This document shows, one piece after another, positions 15,420 through 23,785 of a stretch of 38,284 nucleotides of DNA. A model generated the notes under the pieces. It was not told the origin of the DNA. It was given only the letters and a program-made list of their open reading frames with translations, and searched no databases. Where the stretch lies: the IMG/VR virus record IMGVR_UViG_3300002301_000005, positions 1-38,284 of that record; one strand, written 5' to 3'. Within the stretch, counting starts at the first letter, position 1; each line of letters begins with the position of its first letter. This DNA is from a virus. Position numbers and translations under genes: made by a program.

Positions 15420-16769
15420 TTAGAACTCCAAGCCTTTTGCGTAGCCCATACGGTGCAATTCAGGTAATTGTTTTTTCATTCTACCCGCGCCAATATCAAG
15501 GCGATAAAACGGGTTATTTGGAATCTTGATTTTTTTAATTGCGTTGTAAGCAGTGCGACGAGCGGCGGTAATGTTATCGCCAGTACCAGTAACAACAAGG
15601 GTATAGTCCCCACAAGTTACCAACCCTGGTAAATCCACAACTTTATCGCCAACCATTGTGGGCGCGGTGCCAATCATAACCTCTGATAAATGGACTTTTC
15701 CTAAATAATCTTCGGCTCCACGGATCGGAATACCGCAAAGATCCTTATTGGTAATCTTGGAATAAGGAAAGTCTGGAAGAGCCATCAAAATGCTCACACA
15801 AACTTCGCCGTCAATTGCTTCAATCGTGTCTTTACCGTTGACTAAATCAAGTTGCCATTGGATTGGATCTTCGTTTTTGATGTGAGCGGTCACATTATGC
15901 TTGGTTGGCCAACCGTCACGCATGGTCCATTCCATTGGCCAAGGACCATCTTTATCGATGATGCAATTGTTGTCAATATAGCCAACGTAACCCAGTTTGG
16001 CGAGTGTGTCCCCGATTGGCAATAATACCTGCTCAGCCAATTTAGAGCGCTTGGTCATACGGCTAAGCGTACCCATTTCACCTGTGGCCACACCTAAATC
16101 GCCGTCCATGAGCTTCTTGTATTCCCAGTTCTCATAGAACCATTTAGACCAGCCCCCAGGGCCGAACCAACCACCCACAGCCATTTCAATACCGTACTTA
16201 CGTTCTTGGAGGATAAATCCGTCTTTCTTAGCCGCTGCCCGTAGGTCATCGCGTTGCCCCCAGCGGCCAAGCATGTAAATTAAATCGGCTGGATCTGAAG
16301 CAACATAGGATAGCGCTTTATTAGCGTCCCCTGAAGGTTTAGATACCAAGAACTCAGGGTTTTTCTTAACAAACGCTATAGCGTCGTTGTAATCATGAAA
16401 AGCCTTGGATGACATGATGGGAATACCGGCTTTAGCCATTGCCTTTTGACCAATATCACGATCGGTCTCCAACTTAGCGGCTTCAGCCGAAGGAGCAAGA
16501 ATTGGATAACCTAATTGGCGGTAAGGCTCCAACATATCAAGCCAGCGAGTATTGTCTGGAAGATAAATCAGGTCAGCCCAATCCATCCATTTTTTCTTAA
16601 TCTCATTAAAATCATCGATTTTTTCAACCATTCCTTTTCCAGATAAGCGGGGAGTACCGTCTTTTCGTGGAGCGTCGTACCATTTAACGTCCCATCCGGC
16701 GTTTTGAGCTCTAAGGGCCATATCGAGGCAGTTAGAGGCGGGATCGATTAATAGTAGTCTTTTGCTCAT
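15420..16769 (-). CDS. Diverged PurD-like (phosphoribosylamine-glycine ligase family) ATP-grasp enzyme
   Basis: DGDLGVATGEMG corresponds to the PurD signature DGDTGPNTGGMG. EWTMRDGWP corresponds to EFNxRFGDP. PurD-like length (449 aa) and N-terminal fold pattern. Confidence 0.7.
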   Translation of the reverse strand: MSKRLLLIDPASNCLDMALRAQNAGWDVKWYDAPRKDGTPRLSGKGMVEKIDDFNEIKKKWMDWADLIYLPDNTRWLDMLEPYRQLGYPILAPSAEAAKLETDRDIGQKAMAKAGIPIMSSKAFHDYNDAIAFVKKNPEFLVSKPSGDANKALSYVASDPADLIYMLGRWGQRDDLRAAAKKDGFILQERKYGIEMAVGGWFGPGGWSKWFYENWEYKKLMDGDLGVATGEMGTLSRMTKRSKLAEQVLLPIGDTLAKLGYVGYIDNNCIIDKDGPWPMEWTMRDGWPTKHNVTAHIKNEDPIQWQLDLVNGKDTIEAIDGEVCVSILMALPDFPYSKITNKDLCGIPIRGAEDYLGKVHLSEVMIGTAPTMVGDKVVDLPGLVTCGDYTLVVTGTGDNITAARRTAYNAIKKIKIPNNPFYRLDIGAGRMKKQLPELHRMGYAKGLEF

Positions 16770-16774
16770 GATTC

Positions 16775-18505
16775 TTATTGTGGTGGGGGTGGTTGATTAT
16801 TTCTTTGATCTTGCTGCATGATTTGATTCAACATTGCTGGGGTAATTCCTTGAACACTAACACTACTTTGAGGCACTTTTGGTAAATTGGCAAAACGAGA
16901 TTGATAAGCGTCTGATGTTAATAAACGAGGTATTCCACCACGCCCAACCAATTCGGCTGCCGCAAGCCCTGGATGTCCAGCCGCGGCGGCACCACCAGCA
17001 ACTAAAAAATCCCAAGCATTAAATGTAGGTTGCGCACCAATTCGAGCGACGTCTTTATTGGCAGTCGGAAAAGCTTGTGTGAACTTAGCGGCTGTTTCCA
17101 TGCCACCAGATAAAGGTTTACCTGAAGCCAAACGGCGGGCTAAACGGGCACCCGATATATCGCCAGTTGAGGCATTAAGGGCATATTCAACATCATAAGT
17201 CTTGGCAATTTGCTGACGGGCTTTTTGAAAAGCGTCTAAAAGTTCAGGTTTACCAATACGAGTCAAATTTTGACCAATCAAATCTTCCATCGATTGAGCC
17301 ACTTCGTATTGAAAACGGCCTAACTCTTGATTCTTGTACGAGTCACTACGAATATTGACTGATGATTGATTTCTCAAACGTTTAACGATTCCCAAAGAAC
17401 CTTCAGGGGTAAATGAATTTTTTTGAAAATCTTTTAACACGGAATTAATTGATTTTGCATCCACACTGGATGGGAACTCACCACTAAGCCCTGTGAATCT
17501 AGCTTGAATCTGATTTAAACGATCTTTGAACTCAGGTGTAGAGACAATTCCTAATTGTGGGTAATCTTTAAGCATTAATCCTATTTTAGATTTTCCATCT
17601 CCGTAATCGGCTTTAATTACTGACTCATAGTCTTTATACGCATCGCGGCGCACTTTGTCTAAGGCACTAGTCGAAATTGGTTCGTTTTCAATCAAACCAA
17701 GGTCTTGTCGAATAAGATTGTTACGAATCTCTTGGTTTTTTTCTGCCAAAGCCGTAGCCACTTTACCTTTACCTGGAATACTCTCAAGCACAGTATTTGG
17801 AAAACTTGGATTGACATCGGACGGAGCGACTACAAATCCAGCTGATTTAGCGTCTTCAAGCGTTTTAGCTTTAATTGCATCTTGTGGACGAGGTACTTCA
17901 TAAGTCTTACCTTTAAATCCGAATGGGATGAGCCCTCCGGCTACTCCAGCAATTGCTTGACCAGTTGGACCCACTCCCATTTCAGAGGCACCTTGACTTG
18001 AGGTACCTCCAGTGAATCCACTAGCAGCTTGAGCTATTGGGCGAGCAGTTAAATTACTAGCGAGCTCAGGCGCACGTTGCGCCATTCCTGGCACTGACCC
18101 TAATCCCATTGAACCAATAGCCGCCCCAGTACCTTGAACTCCTGCGCTCATTACACGTTCAGCAGAAGTCTGCGGTACTGGAAGATCAGCTTTGTTAGCC
18201 ACATACGCACCAGCACCAGGATTCTGCATGCCTACCGCTTGGCTGATTTTTTGAGCAGCATTTGGGAATCCCAACAACCCAGCAGCTCCAGATACAGCTT
18301 CACCCACGGCTCTTACGGGAGCAGTAAAGCCTTGCTCAAGTCCGGTTAATGCTGCACGACTAGCTATTCCGGCTTCTCGACCCAGTGTGGCTTCAGGGGC
18401 TTTAACTTCAGCTTTAAGCGGTGCTCCACTATCTACTGAAGTAGCAGTTGATAAATCAAACCCGCTAGATGACGCGGGTTTGGCAGTAGCTAGATCAAAA
18501 GCCAT
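16775..18505 (-). CDS. Large Gly/Ala-rich virion protein, internal or ejection protein candidate, 576 aa
   Basis: Low-complexity Gly/Ala-rich N-terminal half. Position in a run of three large genes downstream of the lysis cassette. Confidence 0.5.
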   Translation of the reverse strand: MAFDLATAKPASSSGFDLSTATSVDSGAPLKAEVKAPEATLGREAGIASRAALTGLEQGFTAPVRAVGEAVSGAAGLLGFPNAAQKISQAVGMQNPGAGAYVANKADLPVPQTSAERVMSAGVQGTGAAIGSMGLGSVPGMAQRAPELASNLTARPIAQAASGFTGGTSSQGASEMGVGPTGQAIAGVAGGLIPFGFKGKTYEVPRPQDAIKAKTLEDAKSAGFVVAPSDVNPSFPNTVLESIPGKGKVATALAEKNQEIRNNLIRQDLGLIENEPISTSALDKVRRDAYKDYESVIKADYGDGKSKIGLMLKDYPQLGIVSTPEFKDRLNQIQARFTGLSGEFPSSVDAKSINSVLKDFQKNSFTPEGSLGIVKRLRNQSSVNIRSDSYKNQELGRFQYEVAQSMEDLIGQNLTRIGKPELLDAFQKARQQIAKTYDVEYALNASTGDISGARLARRLASGKPLSGGMETAAKFTQAFPTANKDVARIGAQPTFNAWDFLVAGGAAAAGHPGLAAAELVGRGGIPRLLTSDAYQSRFANLPKVPQSSVSVQGITPAMLNQIMQQDQRNNQPPPPQ

Positions 18506-19965
18506 TATTTGACTTCCTCAAATTGCTTACCATCTGGCGAAACATAAGCCTTATTACCTTTTGCGTCCGTGTGTAAAGTCCACCCCTTAGCGTTGGTATT
18601 TGAAATATTTGATTCGTTTGATCCACCACGCAGTGCTGATTGAACCCCACCCATGATCTCTTTACGAGTCATGTCGTTTGCTTGTTTGGCATTAGCAATA
18701 ATTCGCTTCATACCAGCAATTGAGGCTTGCATTTGAGCTGGAGTTTGAGCACTTTTATACTGTTCTTTGGCGCTGTTTACGTCTTGAACATTAAGGGTAC
18801 CTGGATTACCAGTAATAATTCCCTCAAATTCATTAAATACTGTCTGAGCCGCCTGATCGAGCTTACGAACATTGGCCATCGCTTCTTTGCCACCAGCACC
18901 TTGACGAATTGCCGATAATTGCAAATTAGCTAAAGCTGGGATGTTAGATGGACTTAAAGCCTTCATCGCATCTTCCATTACTGGAATCTCTAATGACAAT
19001 TGATTTTCAGCGCGAGTCAAGTTTTGTGTACGAACTTCAAAACTACGCTTAGCCATCACACGCGATTTAATATCTGCTCCAGCGGAGATCAAATCTTCTG
19101 TGGACATATTATTTTCTTTGGCCAACTTAGCAATATCACTCATTACTGCTGAATATTCACCTGTGCGTTTTGGAGGGCTAACATTATTGATTAAGTATGA
19201 ATAAGTTTCAGCTCGAATACCGTCTGGTGTTGCCCCTTTAGGTAATCCAGGAGTACCGCCACCGCCGCCCGTACCTCCAGCGCCACCGCCTTTTTTACCG
19301 CGATAATCAACTAAAGATTGAGTGTTTTGTTGCTGCAAGCCAAGTTTAGCCACATCCAGTTGCTGCTTTAGCATTAGGGCTTCTTGCTTGTTTTGAGCGT
19401 TCATGATCGGCGCGTATTGGTTGATCACATCCATCCAATATTCTTGCGGTACATTTTGTTGACGTAATGCACTGACAATACCGCCAACCGTAATTTCACC
19501 ATTACCTTGTTGCGGTTGTTGAGCAGGAGCTTGTGGCTGAGCGCCACCAACTGAAGGTGGGGCCATCATTTGTGGCTGACTAGGTTGTGGCGCAGCCTGA
19601 CGTTGTGCGGCAGCACCTTGAACTGTTTGATAAGGTGGGACCGCTGGGGCAGGAGCCTGCTGAGCACCTTGATCCATTCCCATTGGAACTTGTGGCTGAC
19701 CACCAGGAGGAGCCATTGGCTGAGAAGCCTGTCCTGGCATTGGTGGCTGCGGTCCTTGACCCATCGGTTGACTCACTGGGGGCGGGGCAAATAATTGACC
19801 TGCCACACCTGATCCGTACTGAGCCAATGCTAACTCTTTAGCTTTAGCAACGCGTTGCTGCTCAAGGTCATATTGCTGCTTTTTTAGAGCGGCATCTTGC
19901 AATTGAGACGCTTGAAAGTTATTTATACCTTGGGCGGTACCACCAAGTACGCTTCCTAGATACAT
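18505..19965 (-). CDS. Gln/Pro-rich virion protein, internal or ejection protein candidate, 486 aa
   Basis: Long Q/P/A-rich tract, coiled-coil-like middle region, poly-Gly stretch. TAATG coupling to the downstream gene. Confidence 0.5.
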   Translation of the reverse strand: MYLGSVLGGTAQGINNFQASQLQDAALKKQQYDLEQQRVAKAKELALAQYGSGVAGQLFAPPPVSQPMGQGPQPPMPGQASQPMAPPGGQPQVPMGMDQGAQQAPAPAVPPYQTVQGAAAQRQAAPQPSQPQMMAPPSVGGAQPQAPAQQPQQGNGEITVGGIVSALRQQNVPQEYWMDVINQYAPIMNAQNKQEALMLKQQLDVAKLGLQQQNTQSLVDYRGKKGGGAGGTGGGGGTPGLPKGATPDGIRAETYSYLINNVSPPKRTGEYSAVMSDIAKLAKENNMSTEDLISAGADIKSRVMAKRSFEVRTQNLTRAENQLSLEIPVMEDAMKALSPSNIPALANLQLSAIRQGAGGKEAMANVRKLDQAAQTVFNEFEGIITGNPGTLNVQDVNSAKEQYKSAQTPAQMQASIAGMKRIIANAKQANDMTRKEIMGGVQSALRGGSNESNISNTNAKGWTLHTDAKGNKAYVSPDGKQFEEVK

Positions 19966-19974
19966 GATTTATCC

Positions 19975-21078
19975 TTAAAACGACATATAGTCTGTGGAAT
20001 ATTGCCCGCCAGGGGAGGACGCACCACCAAGATAATTCACATTAAATGAATTACCAGCTGTGGGTGTAAAGTTACCACCCACCGATGACCCTGACCATAA
20101 ATTTGTTGAATTTATAGGTTGGTTATAATATTGCGCAGCTACATTACCTAACATTCCACCCATTTGTGCCCCAGCTGCAGCACCAGCAGCTTGCTGTTGA
20201 GCGTTAAATTGTTGTTGAGTTTGCTGGGCGCCCACACCGGCGTTCATATATGGAATAGCTTGATTTTGAACACCGCCGTATAAGTTTGCCAATTGACCCA
20301 TATTAGTCTGATAAGAGGCAGCATTAGTTGCAGGCATCCCCGCCACATATTGTTGGGCTGTGGTTGGAACTTGACCGGCTTGCTGTAAATAACTTGGTAC
20401 TTGCCCTTGAGCTGACAATTGTGCAGCTAAGTCCGCACCCATTAATGTGCCTTGCTGAGCGCCAGCTTGACTACCCGCCGCTTGAGCCTGAATACCTTGT
20501 GTTTGGCGAGCCAACTGTTGATTTTGCCAATCAATATTGAAGTTGCTCATTGCTTGGTTGTATTCGCTGCCGCCCACAGGGGAAACACCAAGGCCGCGCA
20601 TGGCTTGCCCCGCATTGACCTGATCAGATAACTGCTGCTGAGTTCGATCGTATAAAGCGTTTTGTGGGTCAAAAGCGGTTTGCGCTACTTGATTGGCATT
20701 TCCGTAAAGACTTTGTTGTTGACCTTGCGCTGTTTGAGCAGCGCCGCCGTACATATTAGCTTCTTGCCCTGCTAATCCAGCTAAACCAGTGTAAGCCTGA
20801 CCAGCTTGCTGAGCACCTTGTAGGTATTGACTGTAATCAATACCTTGTTGGGCGTTAAGCGATTGCTGATATAACGGTTGAACTGTGGAACCAACTTGAT
20901 TGGCCACATTTTGTTCATTACCAAAGGCTTGTTGCCAGGCAGTGTCGGCGGCTTGTAATCCTTGAGGTGTGTACGCTCCTGATACACCATTGTAGGCACC
21001 TTGATTAGAGCTAGAGCCCCCTAAGAGGCCACCTACAATGCTGCTTCCACCAATGATGGCTGCTGGGATCCATGCCAT
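19975..21078 (-). CDS. Gln/Gly/Ala-rich virion protein with a Gly-rich hydrophobic N-terminus, 367 aa
   Basis: N-terminus MAWIPAAIIGGSSIVGGLLGG. Q-rich low-complexity body. Confidence 0.5.
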   Translation of the reverse strand: MAWIPAAIIGGSSIVGGLLGGSSSNQGAYNGVSGAYTPQGLQAADTAWQQAFGNEQNVANQVGSTVQPLYQQSLNAQQGIDYSQYLQGAQQAGQAYTGLAGLAGQEANMYGGAAQTAQGQQQSLYGNANQVAQTAFDPQNALYDRTQQQLSDQVNAGQAMRGLGVSPVGGSEYNQAMSNFNIDWQNQQLARQTQGIQAQAAGSQAGAQQGTLMGADLAAQLSAQGQVPSYLQQAGQVPTTAQQYVAGMPATNAASYQTNMGQLANLYGGVQNQAIPYMNAGVGAQQTQQQFNAQQQAAGAAAGAQMGGMLGNVAAQYYNQPINSTNLWSGSSVGGNFTPTAGNSFNVNYLGGASSPGGQYSTDYMSF

Positions 21079-21080
21079 GA

Positions 21081-21404
21081 TTACACCTCTTCTTCAGGGC
21101 TATTAATACGAATAAGAACTTCGTCTATTTTAGACACATCCTTTTCAGGTATCGAGTGAACACAGTACCAAATAGCGTCAGTTAAAGCAAAAACCCTGTG
21201 ATTTTTACCTTTTTCCACTTCAATACAGGCTGGAGCCATATAAACTTTGGTCTCGTCATCCACAGTAACTTCCACAGTTCCTTGAGCCACAATCGATAAA
21301 TGGCTGAACTTATGCTTATGCTGCATAAGGGCTTGACCCGCTGGAATGTGGGTCTCTTTAGCGTAAAGGTTATCTGAGAAGTGATGTGTAATGGCTGAGA
21401 TCAT
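21081..21404 (-). CDS. Small cupin-fold protein, 107 aa
   Basis: AGQALMQHKHKFSHLSIVAQG fits the cupin motif G(x)5HxH(x)3-4E/H(x)6G. Confidence 0.55.
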   Translation of the reverse strand: MISAITHHFSDNLYAKETHIPAGQALMQHKHKFSHLSIVAQGTVEVTVDDETKVYMAPACIEVEKGKNHRVFALTDAIWYCVHSIPEKDVSKIDEVLIRINSPEEEV

Positions 21405-21859
21405 TTTGGCCAGGAGCTTTCTATTGTCTGAAGGTCTAGTTCGGTTTTGTCAGCATGCTCTGCCAACGTTGCATATTCACTTGTGCACTCTTGGACCACT
21501 GTTGAGAGGGCTGTGATTCGGTTCTGGAGGGCTTCTCTGGAATTGTTGGACAAGCTGCCGTTGTAGGCATTGAGCTGATCCCGCAACCCGCTAACAACAA
21601 GGCGGTTATAGGAAGTAGTCTTATCAAGATTGATTTTACTTTGCGCGAGATCATATAGTGCCTTGTCTAATTTACCTTGAAGTTCTGTGGATTTAGCTTT
21701 TGCTGCAATTAAGTCTTTATTAAGTTGAACGGCATCTTCCGCTACTCGCTTTTGATACCCAACGTTCTCAAAATGATTAGCTAAAGCCCAACCGCCTCCA
21801 ATAAGGATAGCCACACCCAAAACAATACCAATAATCTTAATTTGAAGCGAGGTTAGCAT
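21401..21859 (-). CDS. Rz-like i-spanin (N-terminal TM helix plus coiled coil)
   Basis: ATG at 21859 with a GGGGA SD. TM helix IIGIVLGVAILIGGGWAL. Immediately downstream of the endolysin. Contains an embedded lipoprotein ORF. Confidence 0.7.
   Translation of the reverse strand: MLTSLQIKIIGIVLGVAILIGGGWALANHFENVGYQKRVAEDAVQLNKDLIAAKAKSTELQGKLDKALYDLAQSKINLDKTTSYNRLVVSGLRDQLNAYNGSLSNNSREALQNRITALSTVVQECTSEYATLAEHADKTELDLQTIESSWPK
21436..21654 (-). CDS. Rz1-like o-spanin lipoprotein, entirely embedded out of frame within the i-spanin gene
   Basis: Signal sequence plus lipobox LLAG|C (MISRKVKSILIRLLPITALLLAGC). Short Pro-rich mature part. Confidence 0.7.
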   Translation of the reverse strand: MISRKVKSILIRLLPITALLLAGCGISSMPTTAACPTIPEKPSRTESQPSQQWSKSAQVNMQRWQSMLTKPN

Positions 21860-22322
21860 TTTGATCCCCAATACAGGTATGGTACTCTTGCTGACGTCGT
21901 TTTGTAAGCCCTGCTAGGGGTTTGCCCTTAAATTGATCCCATTTTAAAATTTCACGGCAAGCACCAGCGTAATCTCCAGCATTTAAACGTCTCACCAATG
22001 TTGATCCACAAAATGCGCTAGGGCCAATGTTGTAAGCCAAATCGATATAAGCGTCGTATTCATTTTGAGCCAACGGGACGTGAACACACGCATTGACTGC
22101 TGATTCATCTTTTTGAACGTCTCTAAGAACTCGCTCAAGTGCTTTAGGTGGCGTGATTCTGTCCCCATTATGAACATCAGGCCCAGTTGACCCAAATCCG
22201 TAAGTTGGCGCGTCGCCTTTAATTGGAGCACTAGCGACAGGGGTATAGCTCTCATTAAGCGCAATTGTTACTAGCCCAACTGCTGTAAGGGATAAAGCGG
22301 CGGTTTTAGTACGCTCAAACAT
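21837..22322 (-). CDS. GH24 lysozyme-type endolysin with an N-terminal SAR-like anchor
   Basis: NEYDAYIDLAYNIGPSAF...GLTKRRQQE is a GH24 pattern. The weakly hydrophobic N-terminus TAALSLTAVGLVTIAL resembles a signal-arrest-release domain. Confidence 0.8.
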   Translation of the reverse strand: MFERTKTAALSLTAVGLVTIALNESYTPVASAPIKGDAPTYGFGSTGPDVHNGDRITPPKALERVLRDVQKDESAVNACVHVPLAQNEYDAYIDLAYNIGPSAFCGSTLVRRLNAGDYAGACREILKWDQFKGKPLAGLTKRRQQEYHTCIGDQNANLASN

Positions 22323-22524
22323 CTTGTTGTGCCACCAAACGAGAGATCATTGCGCCCACTATACAAATAACGGTGAGCGCGGCAAATAAATTCTCATGGC
22401 CTTGAAATTTGTAATCGTACATTGGCAAAATTGCACCAGCCGAAGTAAAAAATATCCCCGCTGCTCCAAATTTTAGAGACCATGCTTTACGCAAAATGGT
22501 TCGCCAATGTGGATAAAGATTCAT
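22315..22524 (-). CDS. Two-TM holin or pinholin candidate, 69 aa
   Basis: Two hydrophobic helices and a charged C-terminus. Directly upstream of and overlapping the endolysin. Confidence 0.6.
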   Translation of the reverse strand: MNLYPHWRTILRKAWSLKFGAAGIFFTSAGAILPMYDYKFQGHENLFAALTVICIVGAMISRLVAQQDV

Positions 22525-22787
22525 ATTTTTGTCGATGCGGCCGCTTTAATTCCATACCAAAGGGCTAACAAAAGACCGCCAATAACGACGGTCACCATTG
22601 CCATTGCCCCATGATCCGACATTTTTCGCAACTTACGCCCAAAACGCAAATCTTCTCTAAAAGCCTCAACTGACTCAGGCTTGTCAATATCTACGCCAAG
22701 AATTGCAAAAGTTTTCTTAATGGCTGAATCCACAGCCGCTTCAATAATAGCTTCGTCGGAAAGACTTGGAGTTCTTGAGGCGACCAT
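22521..22787 (-). CDS. Single-TM membrane protein, 88 aa (holin, antiholin or lysis regulator candidate)
   Basis: C-terminal TM helix AMAMVTVVIGGLLLALWYGI. ATGA coupling to the holin candidate. Confidence 0.45.
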   Translation of the reverse strand: MVASRTPSLSDEAIIEAAVDSAIKKTFAILGVDIDKPESVEAFREDLRFGRKLRKMSDHGAMAMVTVVIGGLLLALWYGIKAAASTKI

Positions 22788-22789
22788 GA

Positions 22790-23776
22790 TTAAGCCTTAA
22801 TAATCTCGTAATCAGCAATATATGGTGGCAAATTAGCATTTGTGCCACTTACACCAGTTGAAGCGTTAGTTGTAGCGACTGTAATACCAGTAACAGCAGA
22901 AGCGGTAGCTGCTGGGCCATTGTCATTTGCTGTACCTGAACGAGCAACACCACCATTTGTAGTTGTTAGATTCCAAGTTTCAATATTATGGTAATGCCCA
23001 GGATCTGTTACTGTAGAAGTTGCAGTATGAGTATGACTTACTACAATAGCATCTGTGCTACCACCAGTTGAACCTAAACCATATAAATTACCTGCACCAA
23101 TATTCATTCTGTCAGTTGAATTTGGGAGGTTAAATGTGCTAGAGCCATCACCAGCACCATAAGTTGTTCCAAGTAATGAAAATAATGCAGAATATACAGT
23201 TCGAGATACAGCTTGGCCACCACAAACTAACCAACCGGCGGGTGCAGTATTTGTTTTCCAGCGCATAGTCGATCCAACGGGGGGTAATGAAATGGTATTT
23301 TCAATTACCCAAGCGCCATTACCACCATTAAATGAAGTGTTATATGTGACTTCAATATTGGCGTTAGCAACAATTTCACCACCAACTAAAGGATTACCGT
23401 ACCAATTAACTATTGGTATAACGCCTAGTGAGCTAGCATTTAAAGTGGAAGCGCCAGTATTAGCCGCGTTTGCTTTAAATCGGTATTTGATACCGTCAGT
23501 TAAAGCTGTAATAGCTGGAATAAATGTCGTGGTATATGCGTTGGCGCTACCCGCTCCAACTATATAATCAGCGTTGGGAGCCAGATAATCTGTACCAGAC
23601 ACGGCAGAAGTCGTGTTCCCAGAACCGTCACCTTTTAATACGTTAGTAGTGATAGTTGCGGCACACGCGTTACCATTAACTTGACTTTGAATCCAAGAAA
23701 ATAACGACATCACTTGAGTCGCATCTTCCGGTTGACCGTTTGCAAGCGTAGTGGGGAAACTTCCAATAATTGTCAT
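22790..23776 (-). CDS. Tail fibre protein with a C-terminal phage tail-collar domain
   Basis: YSALFSLLGTTYGAGDGSSTFNLPN matches the collar-domain signature (LFxxIGTTYGGDGxTTFxLP). Confidence 0.8.
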   Translation of the reverse strand: MTIIGSFPTTLANGQPEDATQVMSLFSWIQSQVNGNACAATITTNVLKGDGSGNTTSAVSGTDYLAPNADYIVGAGSANAYTTTFIPAITALTDGIKYRFKANAANTGASTLNASSLGVIPIVNWYGNPLVGGEIVANANIEVTYNTSFNGGNGAWVIENTISLPPVGSTMRWKTNTAPAGWLVCGGQAVSRTVYSALFSLLGTTYGAGDGSSTFNLPNSTDRMNIGAGNLYGLGSTGGSTDAIVVSHTHTATSTVTDPGHYHNIETWNLTTTNGGVARSGTANDNGPAATASAVTGITVATTNASTGVSGTNANLPPYIADYEIIKA

Positions 23777-23785
23777 AATGAAACC

